Counted from the first letter of the stretch, positions 1 to 19,123 are shown. The stretch: 64,000 bases of DNA from Dictyostelium discoideum (GCA_000004695.1 CM000151.3:8420198-8484197), one strand, 5' to 3'. Notes: a model not told the origin generated them from the letters alone. A program made the numbers and translations.

Positions 1-228
1 TTTTTATTTATTTTGGCAAAAACCAATTTAAATTAAATTTATTTTCGAATTTAGAATGTTTAACCCTATAACCGAATGTTTTTTTTTTTTTGTCGGGGAA
101 TCCCAACCTTTTTTTCAGATTTTTTTTACAACTGAAAAAAAATTTATTTTTATTTTTTATTTTTTTATTTAAAAGTCCAAATTCTTATTTTTGAACCTTA
201 ATAATATTATTAATATTTTAAGACTAAA

Positions 229-1167
229 TTACAAATTAAAAGGTTGAGGTATTTTTGAAGAATAACAAAATTTAAATTCTGGATCTTGGTATTCACGTTG
301 ATTCACTAAAGAGGCGGAAGAAGTTCTGCATGCCATTGAACAAAGGTCGAATTGATTCTTTAAATATTTCTTATCTAAATTCTTTTCAGCGAAATTAATT
401 AATGTATCATGCAGTATTGAAACTTTGTCTTGTCTCATACAACATGAAATACAAAATTCATAAGAATCACAACAATCTGAAACTTCACCACCTAAACATC
501 TTGAGCATGTAAATCTTTGTACACCTATTTCTTCGTTTTCTATTTGATTTTCATTATCACCTCTATTTTTATTATTGGTAGTTTTTTGATTACCTTCATC
601 ATTATCATTATCATCATCATCATCATCTCTAAAATGTTTATTATTGTTAGTTGTAGTGCTAGTTTTATTTCCACCAAAACAACATCCTGTGACTGAATCC
701 CATTGAGATCGTAAACAAACATATCCTTGATCATCTGCAATATATGTACTTCCTTGAATTGTACTTTCACATTTATTATTTTCATCATTATTATTACTAC
801 TATTACTACCATTACTATTCTTATTATTACTATTATTATTATTATTGTTATTATTATTATTATTATTATTGTTATTATTATTATTATTATTAGTGTTAGT
901 GTTATCGTTATCATCACTACTTCTAATGTTTCTACCGGTACTTGTAAAACTATTTAATTGGTATCCATTATCATCATTAGTTTTTTGATATTTATGATTT
1001 GTTGGTCCCCATTTGAAATTATATTCATTTATTATTGTGTTTATTTTTTCTTGTTTACCAAAATCTGTTAAAGGTAATGAATCAGTTTTATAAATTCCAA
1101 TTAATATTACACCAATACCAAGTATTATCACTAAAAGAATACATAATTTAAATGGTATTCTTTTCAT
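229..1167 (-). CDS. SPRING (C12orf49 / SREBF pathway regulator in Golgi 1) homolog; type II membrane protein with C-terminal Cys-rich domain
   Basis: Single 312-aa ORF. N-terminal signal anchor (KLCILLVIILGIGVILIGIY). C-terminal block DDQGYVCLRS...GCC...CCDSYEFCISCCMRQDK...FDLCSMACRTSSASLVNQREYQDPEFKFCYS aligns motif-for-motif with human SPRING (DELGYVCERK...GCC...CCSAYEYCVSCCLQPNK...FELCLAKCRTSSQSV...YRDPIAKYCYG). A poly-Asn insert interrupts the middle. Confidence 0.75.
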   Translation of the reverse strand: MKRIPFKLCILLVIILGIGVILIGIYKTDSLPLTDFGKQEKINTIINEYNFKWGPTNHKYQKTNDDNGYQLNSFTSTGRNIRSSDDNDNTNTNNNNNNNNNNNNNNNNNNNNSNNKNSNGSNSSNNNDENNKCESTIQGSTYIADDQGYVCLRSQWDSVTGCCFGGNKTSTTTNNNKHFRDDDDDDNDNDEGNQKTTNNKNRGDNENQIENEEIGVQRFTCSRCLGGEVSDCCDSYEFCISCCMRQDKVSILHDTLINFAEKNLDKKYLKNQFDLCSMACRTSSASLVNQREYQDPEFKFCYSSKIPQPFNL

Positions 1168-1226
1168 GTATATATATATATTTTTTTTATTTATTATTTG
1201 TTTTTTTTTTTCTTATGATTTTTTAT

Positions 1227-1227
1227 T

Positions 1228-1306
<79 letters not shown>

Positions 1307-1310
1307 TTTT
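1227..1310. repeat. (TTTA)n microsatellite, ~20 units
   Basis: Perfect tttatttattta... run seen directly, upstream of the SPRING-like gene start. Confidence 0.9.
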
Positions 1311-1458
1311 TTTTTTTTTTTTCCTTACTAATTTTATTATATATATGTAAAATAAAAAAAAAGAAAAAATAAAAAATTTAAAAAATTATTTATTTTTTTT
1401 TTTTATTGGTATATAACATATTAATCTTATTTATCTTAATTAATTAAATTAATGGGTG

Positions 1459-1490
<32 letters not shown>

Positions 1491-1693
1491 TGAATTAATT
1501 TGGTCTTGGAAAAAAAAAAAATAAAAAAAATAAAAAAAAATAAAAAAAAAATAAAAATAAAAATATTTGAAAAACACGGTTGCAAGCTGTTTTGTGCTGA
1601 CTTTTTAGTTGAGTTATATTTGCTGCATTGTAATCATTACTTTTTTAATAATTATTTTCTATTCTTTGATTATTATTATTATTTTCTATTCTT

Positions 1694-1761
<68 letters not shown>

Positions 1762-2341
1762 TTGTTTATTTTTTTTATGGATTTTTTTTTTTTTTTTTTT
1801 TTTTTTTATGGATTTGCCACCGACGAAGTTTTTTAGTTTTTTCATTTTGACTCAAAAATCTTGACCAAATTAATAAATCGATGTTGCAGATACTAATATT
1901 ACATTTTTTATTTATAATTTTGAGTCAAAATTTAATTCTTTTTTTTTTTTTTGTTTTTTTTATTTATTTTTATTTTTATTTTTATTTTTATTTTCATTAC
2001 TTTTTTTTTATTTATGTGATGTGCACAGTTAAAAAATTAAAAAAAAAAAAAAAAAAATTTTAAAAAAAAAAAAAAGTGAAAATTTAATTTTTTTTTTTTT
2101 TTTTTTTTTAATTTTTTTTTTTTTAAAATTAAAAATAATAAACACTCAATACAATTATATTTTCTTTTATGTAGGTAGTTTTAAATGATTTAAATTGAGT
2201 GTGTTTGTTTTTCTCAAACTAATTTTTAATTTAATATTTTATAAAAAAAAAAATAAAAATAAAAAAATAAAAAAAATAAAAAATAGATAAATAGATATAA
2301 TTGATAGTGTTTGTGTTTGGAAAATTAAATAATAGTTAAAA

Positions 2342-3153
2342 ATGAGTTATCCAAACCAACAACAAGAACAAAGTGGTTATCCACAACAACAACAACAGGG
2401 TTATCCACAACAAAATCAGGGTGGTTATCCACAACAACAACAACAACAACATCAAAGGGGTGGATATCCACAACAAGGATACCCACAACAACCACAGGGT
2501 TATCCACAACAAAATCAAGGTGGATATCCACAACAACCACAAACACAACAATATAACCCATATAGTCAACAAACATCACCACCTACAACTACAAATTCAG
2601 CACCACCAACTACAAATTCAGCACCATTAAACCCATCTGTACAACAAACATCACCACCACAATCAATGACTAATAATACTGGAGTATATTCACAACCACC
2701 ACCAACTAATCAACAACAATCACCATCAAAATCACAACCAATCAATAATAATAATATGGGAGGATATCCTCAACAATCATCACAATCATCACCACCACCA
2801 ACATCACAACAACAACAATATCAAGGTGGTTATCCACAACAAACAGGTTATTCTCAACAACCACAAACAAATTCATTATCATCACCAACCCAACCACCAC
2901 CACCAATCACAAATAATACATCAGCACCACCACAACCAACAGGTTATTCTCAACCACCACCAATGACAAATAATACAGGTTATCAACAAACTACAAATAC
3001 TTCACAACCACCAATGAACAATTATCAACAATACTCACCAAATCAACCAAGCGGTGGTAATATGTATCAACAACCACAATCACAACAATCACAACAACCA
3101 CAACAACCACAACAATATCAATATAATCAACAACCACCACAACAACCATATGG

Positions 3154-3211
<58 letters not shown>

Positions 3212-5839
3212 CCACCACAACAACCATATGGACAACAACCACAACAACAACAACAATGGAATAGTAATCCAGTACCAGGTTTACAAAATTTATCACTTGG
3301 ACCAAATAACCAACAACCACAACAACAATATGGACAACCACAACAACAACAATATGGGCAACCACCATTCGTTGGACAACAACAACAACAACAACAACAA
3401 CCATGGCAACCACAACAACCACAACAACAACCAAATCAACAACAAATTGAGGATAATAGAATTAATATGTCAAAAGTGCCAAGCCCAACAGCAATTTTAG
3501 AACAATTTAATAATTATATTTATAAGACCAATTCAGATGTGTCACCACCACCATCAACAGTTCAACAATTAGTGATTGATCAACAAAATGCATCACCAAA
3601 TTTCATTCGTTCAACATTGTATACCATTCCAGAGAATGAGGATACTCTTAATCTAATTCATATTCCATTTGCAATTCATGTTCAACCATTGGCATACAAT
3701 GGTATTTCAGGTGAGGTACCAGTGATTCGTACACCAGGTGGACCAATTCAATGTAAACGTTGTCACAGTTATATCAATCCATTCAATCCATTCACCAATG
3801 GTGGTAAATATTTTACTTGTCGTTTCTGTGAATTTGAAAATCAAGTACCACAAGAATACTTTAGTGCCACGCTTCCAAATGGTCAACGTACCGATTACGA
3901 ACAAAGACCTGAACTTCAAAGGGGTTCCTACGATTTCATAAAGACTGAAGCAAATGCAGCTCAAGTACCGGGTTATGTTTTCGTGATTGAAATTTCACAA
4001 GTTACCATCAATAGTGGTATCGTCGAGAATGTAATCAATGCCATCAGAAGAATTCTCAATGAAAGATATGATAGTATACCAGCCAAAGTTGGTATCATCA
4101 CCTACGATACAGAGGTTCACTTTTGGTCATTCAAACCAACCTATGCCTATCCACAAATGAAAGTATTGACAGCTGACAATGTTTTCGTACCAGTTAATGA
4201 CGGTTTCCTCGTGGATTATCGTGAGTCTAAACAATTGATGGATTTCTTTTTCGATAATTTCAAAACCTTCTTCAAACGTCCACAACCATCGAATCAACCA
4301 TTTGCATTTGGTGCCGCTGTTCAAGCCGCTGCAATGTCATTGGAAAAGATTGGTGGTAGAGTTTTCACATTCAATACTACCCTTCCAAAAGGTTCACCTG
4401 GTGCTATCGCTAAACGTGTCGAAAAATCAATTCAACCATCACCAAACGGTTCACAATTCTATAAGACGGTAGCAACTGAATGTGTTGCAAAGAATGTTTC
4501 AGTGGATCTCTTTGTAATTCCAACAGAGATTTGTGATGTACCATCCTATGCTCAATTGGCAACCGCTACTGGTGGTCATATCAATCTCTACAATAATTAC
4601 TCGGCCGAAGTTCACTCTGAATTACTCACAAGTGATATCATTCATTATGTTACAATGGAATTTGGTTTCAACGCAACCTCTAAAGTTAGATCCTCTAGAG
4701 GTATCACTGTTTCTGCTCATTATGGTAATATCACTGAAGAGAATGGTCTCATTCAAATGGCTGGCGTGACCTCTGATAAATCAATTACATCAGTATTAAA
4801 ATATGATGATAAATTAAAACCAAAATCAAAAGCTTATATTCAATTTGCAATGATGTAAGTTTTTATTAAATTATTTAAATAATAATTATTATATATATAT
4901 AAAATATATTATAATATTTATAATTAACTATTTTATTTTATTTTATTTAGATATACAAATATTAAAGGTGAAACTAGAATTAGAATTCATAATTTAAGAT
5001 TATCAGTTGATTCAGTTTTAACAAATTTATTTAAAGATTCAGATTTAGATTCAATTACAACCTATTTTGCAAGAGTAGCAAGTAAAGAGGTATTGACAAC
5101 TACACCAACTACAGTTCGTTCAAATACAGTTGATAAAGGTGTTGATTTATTAGCATCCTATAGAAAGAATTGTGCATCCGATAAGAAGGCAACTCAATTG
5201 ATCTTACCAGAGGGTATTAAATTGATGCCAATCTATATATTGTCAATGATGAAAACACCATGTTTCCGTCTTTCACCAGATATCAGTCAAGATTTGCGTT
5301 ATTTCTATTTGAATTTATACACTTCATCAGCACCTTCAAGAATTATACCATTGATTTATCCACGTACCTATCCAATTCATAATTTATTACCTGGCGATGG
5401 TTATAAACATCCAAACTATGATCACATTGTATTACCATCATTCATTAGATTATCGGCCGATCAAATCTCTCAAAATGGTATTTACATTCATGAAGATGGT
5501 AGACAAATTATGGTTTGGATTCAACAATTTGCTGCTACCAATTATCTTCGTGATCTTTTCGGTATCGAGAGTACCTTTGGTTATACCAATAGTAAATTAT
5601 CACAACTCTATCATTCTTTAAATGGTCAAAACGAATATCATCAACGTATTGAAGCTATCATCGCTTCAATCACTCAACTTCGTGGTTACAAAGATAGACC
5701 TGTCATTTTCGTCGTTCAAGGTGATCCTGTTGATGCTCATCTTAGATTACAATTCCATGAAGACAAAGGTGTTGATTCTGTCTCTTACATTGATTTCCTT
5801 TGTCAAATTCATAAACAAATTCAAAATAAATTATCGTAA
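2342..5839 (+). CDS. sec24: COPII coat component Sec24
   Basis: Exon 1 is 2342..4854 and exon 2 is 4951..5839. Intron donor GTAAGT at 4855, acceptor AG at 4949-4950; exon 1 ends with 2 nt (phase 2) and 4951 completes the codon. The N-terminus is a GYPQQ/poly-Q low-complexity region. Sec23/24 zinc finger CKRCHSYINPFNPF...CRFCEFEN, followed by trunk, beta-barrel and helical regions. C-terminus ...YIDFLCQIHKQIQNKLS. Confidence 0.85.
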
Positions 5840-5852
5840 GGTATTATATTAA

Positions 5853-5925
<73 letters not shown>
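5853..5925. repeat. (AAT)n microsatellite, non-coding
   Basis: Perfect aat run immediately 3' of the Sec24 stop codon. Confidence 0.9.
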
Positions 5926-5931
<6 letters not shown>

Positions 5932-6834
5932 TTAAAAAAAAAAAAAATAATAAAAAAAAATTAAATTACAAACTATAAATAAAAAAAGAGATCAACCAAA
6001 AAAAAAAAAAAAGTAATAATTAAAATCTTTTAAAAATAGAATGTAATGTATTAATAGTTTTTTTTTTTTTTTATTTATTTTTTATTTTTATGTTATTATT
6101 TTCTAAAAAAAAAAAAAAAAAAAAAAATTAGGCAAAATGATTATCAACAAACAGCTGCTGCTCTTTTGATGGCAAATACTTATTAGGAAAAAAAAAAAAA
6201 ATAAAAAAATAAAAAAAAATAAAAATAAAAACCAATACTAAAATAAAAAAAATAAAATAAAATAAAAAATAAAAAGATCATTTTTTTGATCATTTCTTTT
6301 ATTATAAACACAATGAAAAAATTGCCCGCCAATCATTTTTTGATCTTTTTTTTAAATTTTTTTTTTTTATTTTTTTTTTTTTTTAAAAAAAAAGAACTGT
6401 TTTTTTTTTTTATTTTGAATTGTTAAATTAATTTTACAAAAAAACAAAAAAAAAAAATAAAATAATATAAAAACAATCGTTCTTTTTTTTTTTTTTTTTT
6501 TATTTTCACGCTGTATACAACATAAATAATAATAAAACATAGCAATAACATCTAGCATTTTTTTTTTTTTTTATCTTTCCAATTTTATGTTAGACTCCAA
6601 CCCCCACATCACAAGGTGAGTACCAGATTTTGAAAATACAAAAAAATAAAAATAAAAAAAAAAAATAATAAAAAAAAAAATAACAACCCAATTATTTTTT
6701 TTTTTTTTTTCTAATCCATATTAATATCATATTTAAAATAATAAAAAAAAAATACAATTAGTAATTAGTTTAAAGGAAAAAAAAAGAATTATTTTTGTTT
6801 TTGGTTTTTTTTTTTCTTTTTTTTTTTTGGGAAA

Positions 6835-9228
6835 ATGAGCAATAGTTTTTTGCATTGTAAAAAATCAAATGATGAATTTGCAGAGAATTTAATATGGAGA
6901 AGGAATTTATTGACAGTATTTGAAAAGTTGGGAGAAAAAGATCAAATAGCTCATGCAATGCAATATTTGATATCACAAGTTCATGGATTATTAAATTTAA
7001 ATCAATTACAATTTTTTATGGATTGTATTGTTGAAAGTAGTGAGGATTTTAATAATATTGGTAAGAGGGAAGTTATAAAATTATTAGGTACAATGGTATC
7101 AATATTTAGGAATAGATTATCATCATATCTCAATAAGATCATTTCATTCATAATTAGAAGATTAAGTGAACCAACATCATCAGGATTATTAGAGATAACA
7201 TTGGAAACATTGGGTATAACTTGTAATAACATTATCATTGAACAAAAACATTTATTTAAAACCAATGGTGGTATTGGAAGTTGTAATGTAAATATCAATG
7301 GAAGCAATCTATCCAATAGTCTAAGTAGTAACCCAACTCAACAACAACAGCAACAACAATTATCAATTTCAACTAGTCTAATCGATGTTTATTTAAATCC
7401 AATATTAATGATAATCAATCTACCAAGTAGACATATTCAATGTGCTTCCATTCTGGCCATTCAAAAAGTGATTGAAAATATTTATGATATAAATAACTTA
7501 CTTTGTCCACAATTACCAAAGATTTTAAATCAACTTTTGAAAAAGTTAATAAATGTTCAATTACCATCATCATCATCGGCTTCAATGTCTTCATTTTCAA
7601 CTCAGTATTGTGTACCACATATACTTTCAACCATTTCAAGTTTATTTAAAATGGTTGGATCAAATTATTTCATTTATCATAATTCTCTATCTCATTCTTT
7701 AATTGATCAAATCAATGGTACTCTAATTTCAAATTCAATAAGAACTTTAACTTCAAATGATTGGACTGCTAGAAATTCTTCTGCAACTTTATTACAAACT
7801 ATTGTAGATATTCTTCCAAAATCATTTTATTTTAATAGGATAAATGATATTCTAAAATCTTTAAATGATTGTAAATATGATAAAGTATGTTTTTTAAATT
7901 TCTTTATTTAAATAAATTAAAATAAAATATATTAACCCCCTTTTTTTGTTTTTTTTAAAAAAAAAAAAAAGATAAAATCAATTAGAGATAGTGTAAATAA
8001 ATCAATTCAATTATATAATGAATCACTTTTAAATAATACAAATACAAATAATAATAATAATAATAATTTAGATAGTAGTAATAATAATCATAATAATAAT
8101 AATATAAACGAATCAAATAATAATTTTTATAATCAGCATAATCCACCAATTAATATTGTTAGTAATATACCGACAACTCCACCATTTATAGAAGCTAAAT
8201 TTAATAAACAATTTCAACAGCAACAGCAACAACAAAATCAATCAATTTATAATTCACCTTTATTAAAGTCACCACGTAAGACTTCACCAACTACACCATC
8301 AACGCCAACATCAACACCACCAATTCATTCACAACCAAGTCCATATAAAAAGTATACACCATTATCATCACCATCATTAAGTAGTAAGAAAATTACATCT
8401 TATTCTTCAATGTCATTATCATCTTCATCCTCTCAATCATCCAATAGTGGTAGTTTTAATATATCAAATACTACCACTACAAACCAATTACCATCGGCTT
8501 TTAAAACGAGTCCAACACCATCTTATTCAAATTCACCAATTTTAAAACCAACTACAACTTCAATTAATTTAAATACCACTTCTAAAATACCAACAAACTT
8601 TAAAGAATTTAATATATCTTCCTCTTCATCACTTTCTACTTCGCCTTTAATATTTTCAAATAATAAACAAGAATTACATCAACAACATCAACATCAACAT
8701 CAACAACATCAACAACAAATTGAACAAAAACAAAAACATCATTATCGGTACACAGATGAAGAAATAATTCATATGGTTGATAATAATAATAATGAGAACG
8801 AAAATGAAGATAATAATAATAATAATGATAAAAGTGATAATGAAGATAATAATAATAATCAAGATGAAACAAATATTTTAACTTTATCATCACTTGTGAA
8901 ATCACCAAATCCAAAACCAATAATATTTTCACCTTCAAAATCAACAAATAATACTACAAATAATTCATCATCGTCATCATCATCATCATCAACAACTACA
9001 ACAACCTCATCATCACCAAAATTAAATATAAAACCAAAAGAAACTATTACAACTACAACTACAATTACAACTGAAGAGAATGAAACATTGAAATTAATTC
9101 ACGAAATGATGAATTCAATGAACGATTTTATGATTGAAACTCGTGATAATATTGATCAAATTAAAAAAAGGTTAGGCGTTGTTGAATCTTCAGTTTTAAC
9201 ACTTCAAAAATATTATTTAACAAAATGA
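6835..9228 (+). CDS. Hypothetical HEAT/TOG-like repeat protein with Ser/Thr/Asn-rich middle and C-terminal coiled coil
   Basis: Exon 1 is 6835..7884 and exon 2 is 7972..9228; both junctions are phase 0. Donor GTATGT at 7885, acceptor AG at 7970-7971. The N-terminal ~350 aa shows repeated amphipathic helix pairs (IAHAMQYLISQVHGLL, ILAIQKVIENIY, TLLQTIVDILPKSFYF) typical of HEAT/TOG arrays. The C-terminus ...LKLIHEMMNSMNDFMIETRDNIDQIKKRLGVVESSVLTLQKYYLTK is coiled coil. A candidate 5' mini-exon at 6587..6615 would splice in frame to 6846; see findings. Confidence 0.55.
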
Positions 9229-9322
9229 TGATAATAATATAACAATAAACTTTATTTTATTTGAATTATTTTTAAAAAAAAAAAAAAAAATGAAAAATGA
9301 TAATAATAAATTTAAAATTATT

Positions 9323-9890
9323 TTAATTATTTAAATTTGAATTGTATAATTTTTTTAAAATTTCTTTTAAACCTTTTTTAATTGATAATATATTTTGATT
9401 ATTTTTTGCACTTATAGGTATAATATTCCATTCTTTACCTTTGAATAAATTTTTAGTTGCTTTTTTAAATTCTTCTAAATGACTCTCTGCATATTCACCA
9501 TCCATTTTATTGGCAATAATAATTGAGGGTTTATTAGTTAAACCAGGTTTATAATTTTCTAGTTCCTCTAAAAGACTTGAAAAATCTTTCCATGGTGTTC
9601 TATAGTGTTGATCATGGATTTTAGATTTAATTTCTTTTTTAGCCTCAATTAAATCATCTTCATCTTGAATATATCCATAACGATTTGTAACCACTTTTAC
9701 TTGTTTACCATCCCAAATTGCTGGTAAACCATTATTTGACATATCCAATACATAAACTATTGCTTTAGTTCTTTCAATATGACGAAGAAAATCTAAACCT
9801 AATCCTAAATTTAAATGTGCACCTTCTAAAATACCTGGTAAATCTGCAATTGTACTTGTTGGAATTGAATTTATTAAATTATTATTACCA

Positions 9891-9975
<85 letters not shown>

Positions 9976-11209
9976 TATTATTATTACTATAACCATTTAT
10001 AATATTATTAATATTTCTTTTACGTTTTGAAAGATTATTTGTACTATTAACTTTTGTTGAATTAAGTTTTTCTTTTAAAACTTGACTATCTATATCAAAG
10101 AAATCAATTACACCAACATATGGATTTAAAGTTGTGAATGCATAATTTTGAATATTTGGAATTGCATTTGAAATCACTGATAATAAAGTACTTTTACCAG
10201 CATTTGGGTAACCTACTAAACCAAAATCTGCAATGATTTTCAATTCTAATTCAATTCTTTTAATTTCACCTTTTGTACCTGGTTGAGCATATTCTGGTGA
10301 TCTATTTGAACCAGATGCAAAATTATAATTACCTTTTCCACCTAAACCACCTGATGCAACAACTACCTCTTGTCCAAATTCATTTAAATCAATTATATTA
10401 CCATTTTCAACCCATTTGTTATTACCATTATTATTGTTATTTTTAGTTGATTTACTATCGAGATGTGATATTATATTATTTGTATCATTGATTTTACCAT
10501 CTACAACCGGTGCACTTAATGCTTTTAAATAAAGTGCTGGATCGAATGATTCACTGGTTGGATCGAATCTTGGATCTTTTTTTGAGATTACATTTCCAGT
10601 ATCATCAGTTTCAAATTCTTGAATCTCTTCTCCATCATTAGTTTTTAGGACCAACTCTTTAATAACAGTTCCAATTGGTACACGTAAAACTATATCATCA
10701 CCATCTTTACCGGATTTTCTTGCACCCATACCCTTTTGACCATTTTCACCTTTATAGTTCTTTTTTAAATGTGAAAGATTATTATTATCAAAATCTGCTC
10801 TAACTATAATATTTGCACCACTACCACCATTACCACCATCAGGTGGACCTTCTGGTATATATTTTGCTCTGAAAAAACTAATTGCACCACCACCACCATC
10901 ACCAGCTTTAACACCAACTCTAATCTTATCAATGAATGAAAGATGTGAATGTGCTGATGGTTTTGATTTCTCTTTAATTTCTGATCCTAAATCTTGTGCT
11001 GTTTCTTTTAATTCTTGATATGACATCTCTTCCAATTTTTCAAATTCTTCACTTGGTTCATGTTTAAATGTTACTTTTGGTTCATTATAACTATTATAAT
11101 TATTATTATTATCTCTATCAATACTAATACAAAAATCTCTTTTAAAATAATTATATTTTATAAAATCATTTTTTAATTTAAAATTATTTAAAATTAAACA
11201 TTTTTTCAT
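9323..11209 (-). CDS. Obg-family GTPase (mitochondrial ribosome-associated, GTPBP5/MTG2-like)
   Basis: Single 628-aa ORF. Obg-fold glycine-rich N-domain (VKAGDGGGGAISFFRAKYIPEGPPDGGNGGSGANIIV). G1 ADFGLVGYPNAGKST, G3 DLPGILEGAH and G4 IIANKMD motifs are all present. A long poly-Asn insert sits in the G domain. The N-terminal basic, hydrophobic extension could be a mitochondrial presequence. Confidence 0.85.
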
Positions 11210-11486
11210 TATTATTTTAATTTATTATTATTATTATTATTTTAATTTTTTTTAAAATTTTTTTTTTATTAAAAATAATAGAATTAGATATTTAAAAAAA
11301 AAAAAAAAAAAAAAAATGAAAAAAATGAAAATAATTAAAAAGCCGAGTAACGGTATGATTAAAAAAAAAAAAAAAAGCAAAAAAATTGAAATTAATAAAA
11401 AAAAACGAAAAAAAAAAAATCATATAAAAAAAAGTTCAAAATTTTTTTTTTTTTTTTTATTTTTCAGAAATCATCACACATAAAAA

Positions 11487-12702
11487 ATGGTATGTTAAAT
11501 TTTAGATTGAGGATATATGATATATAATTTTATTATTTTTTTTTTTTTTTTTGGTCTCAATCTAATTTAAATTATCAATAATCTTTAATATTTAGACTAC
11601 TCGTCCATTTGTCCAAGTCTTTGATGCCCAAAACAAAGTTGTAGGTAAAGTTAAGCTCCCAAATGTCTTGACCACCCCAATCCGTCCAGATTTAGTTAAC
11701 TTTGTCCACACCAACTTAAACAAGAATGCTCGTCAAGCTTATGGTGCTGCTCCATACGCTGGTGAACAAACCTCTGCTGAATCATGGGGTACTGGTCGTG
11801 CTGTCGCTCGTATTCCTCGTGTTCCAGGTTCAGGTACACACCGTTCAGGTCAAGGTGCCTTCGGTAACATGTGTAGAGGTGGTCGTATGTATGGTCCAAA
11901 CAAGACCTGGAGACGTTGGAATCGTAAAGTTAACGTCAACCAAAAGAGATACGCTGTTGTCTCAGCTTTAGCTGCCTCAGCTGTCCCAGCCCTCGTTATG
12001 GCTCGTGGTCACAGAATCAATGGTATCAATGAAGTCCCATTAGTCATTGCCAACGAATCCGTTGACACCCTCCAAAAAACCAAAGCTGCCGTTGAATTAT
12101 TAAAGAAAATCAACGCCTACGCTGATGTCACCAAAGTCATCGACTCCAAACATATTCGTGCTGGTGCTGGTAAAGCAAGAAACAGACGTTACAAAGTCCG
12201 TAAAGGTCCATTAGTCGTCGTCTCTGGTAAGACTACCGTCTCCCAAGCCTTACGTAACATCCCAGGTGTTGAAGTTGCCAACGTCTCAAGACTCAACTTA
12301 TTAAAATTAGCACCAGGTGGTCACTTAGGTAGATTCATCATCTGGACTAAATCCGCTTTCGAACAATTAGACTCAACCTTTGGTACCTTTGCCAAATCAT
12401 CTGCTCAAAAGAAAGGTTACACTCTCCCACGTCCAATGATTGCTAACGCTGATATTGTCAGACTCGTCAACTCTGATGAAATCCAAGCTGCCGTTAGAGC
12501 CAGCAAAGTCGTCGTCAAACGTCCAACTGCCCCAGTTCGTCGTTCTAACCCATTAAAGAACTTACGTGCTATGATTAAATTAAACCCAGCCGCCGTCTCA
12601 ACCCGTCGTACTCAAGTTAAATCATTAAAATCAAAAGGTATCAAAGTTAGCAAAAAGAATCAATTAAGAGCTAAATTAGTTGCTGCCACTTTCAACCAAT
12701 AA
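11487..12702 (+). CDS. rpl4: 60S ribosomal protein uL4 (RPL4)
   Basis: Exon 1 is the ATG only (11487..11489), followed by a GTATGT intron (11490..11595, acceptor tttag). Exon 2 is 11596..12702. Translation M|[19 protein letters not shown]...[39 protein letters not shown] is a canonical eukaryotic L4. Codon use is strongly biased and GC-enriched (ACC, GTC, CGT), as expected for a highly expressed gene. Confidence 0.9.
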
Positions 12703-12802
12703 ATTTTTAAATAGATTTGTTTTCTAAAAAAAAAAAAATCGTCTTTCATTATTTTAATTTTTTTTTTTTTTTTTTCCTTTTCATTTTTTTTTTTTTTCCA
12801 AA

Positions 12803-13234
12803 ATGTCAAACAATAATTCTTTAAATATTTTTAATAATAATGGAAATTTTGAAGAATTGTTATTAACATATAACGAATTATTAAATTTATTAAAAAATGA
12901 TTCCGATGAAAAATTAATAATAGAAAAAGCATTAAAATTATTTTCAAATTATTTTAATAATAATCATTCAAATAATCCTTTTCACTTTGAAGTATTAATT
13001 GAGTCACTAAATAATAAATTAAATAAATTTGATTTTATTAATTTATTGGTATCAATTTTTTCTTGTAATGGTGAAATTAATTTTAATTTCAAGATTTATA
13101 TTGTTAATAAATTATTTCAATTTTTAAATAATAATAATAATAATAATATTTCATTATCAACAATCGATTTCTCTCCAATCAAAAAGGTAAAGTTTTTATT
13201 TTTATTTTTATTTTCAATTTTTTTTATTATTAAC

Positions 13235-13265
<31 letters not shown>

Positions 13266-13610
13266 TTTTTTTTTTTCAGTTCTCAAGTAATTTCAAAAGA
13301 GATATTGTGTTGGTAAGAAAAATAAATTGTATAGAAAAATATTTTAAAGATAATGAAGATATAATCAATAATCAAGATGATAAAGCATTTGACGATCAAT
13401 TTTTATCTTCAAATTTAGTTTTTCAAAATTATTGCAAATCAATAGATGATTTATTTTCATTGGATTATTTAGATATGGATAAAGATTTTATTAAATTAAT
13501 TAATGATTTGGAAAAAAATGAAATTAAATTACAACCATTATTGTCATATTTAAATCATTTCGAAAGATCAACTTTAGAATTTATAAATTTAGATTTACAA
13601 TATATTTTAT

Positions 13611-13700
<90 letters not shown>

Positions 13701-13798
13701 GTAATAATAGTAATAATAGTAATAATAATAATAATTATAATAGTAATTTAAATAAATTTAAATTTTATCTTTATTGTTTAAATAAGGAAATATCATAA
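12803..13798 (+). CDS. Hypothetical Asn-rich protein
   Basis: Exon 1 is 12803..13186 (donor GTAAAG) and exon 2 is 13280..13798 (acceptor ttttcag); both junctions are phase 0. Contains a coding (AAT)n tract. No recognisable domain. Confidence 0.45.
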
Positions 13799-13989
13799 AT
13801 AATAAACTCCAAGTTTTTCCAATATTATCACAACCAAAAAGCTCATTTTTCTTGGAATTTTTTTTTTTTATTTTTTTTTATTTTTTTTATTTTTTTTTAA
13901 CATTTAAATATTTTTTATTTTTTATTTTTTATTTTCAGCTTTTGTTTACACTTTAAAACAACAAATAAAGATAAAAAAGAAATGGGGAA

Positions 13990-19123
<5,134 letters not shown>

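Noticed and set aside
540-917. ORFs 540..917 (-) and 727..957 (+) made of poly-I/poly-M runs
   Set aside because: These are alternative-frame and antisense readings of the (AAT)n/(ATT)n tract inside the SPRING-like gene, with pure homopolymeric amino-acid composition.
2325-3500. Antisense and off-frame ORFs over the Sec24 poly-Q region (2325..2582 -, 2991..3434 -, 3054..3500 +)
   Set aside because: They read CAA/CAG repeats in other frames as poly-V or poly-N. The sense frame carries the real Sec24 protein.
6140-6180. Short GC-richer island containing atg att atc aac aaa cag ctg ctg ctc ttt tga
   Set aside because: Only a 10-codon ORF with no splice signals in phase. Probably a UTR or regulatory remnant, and not enough to call.
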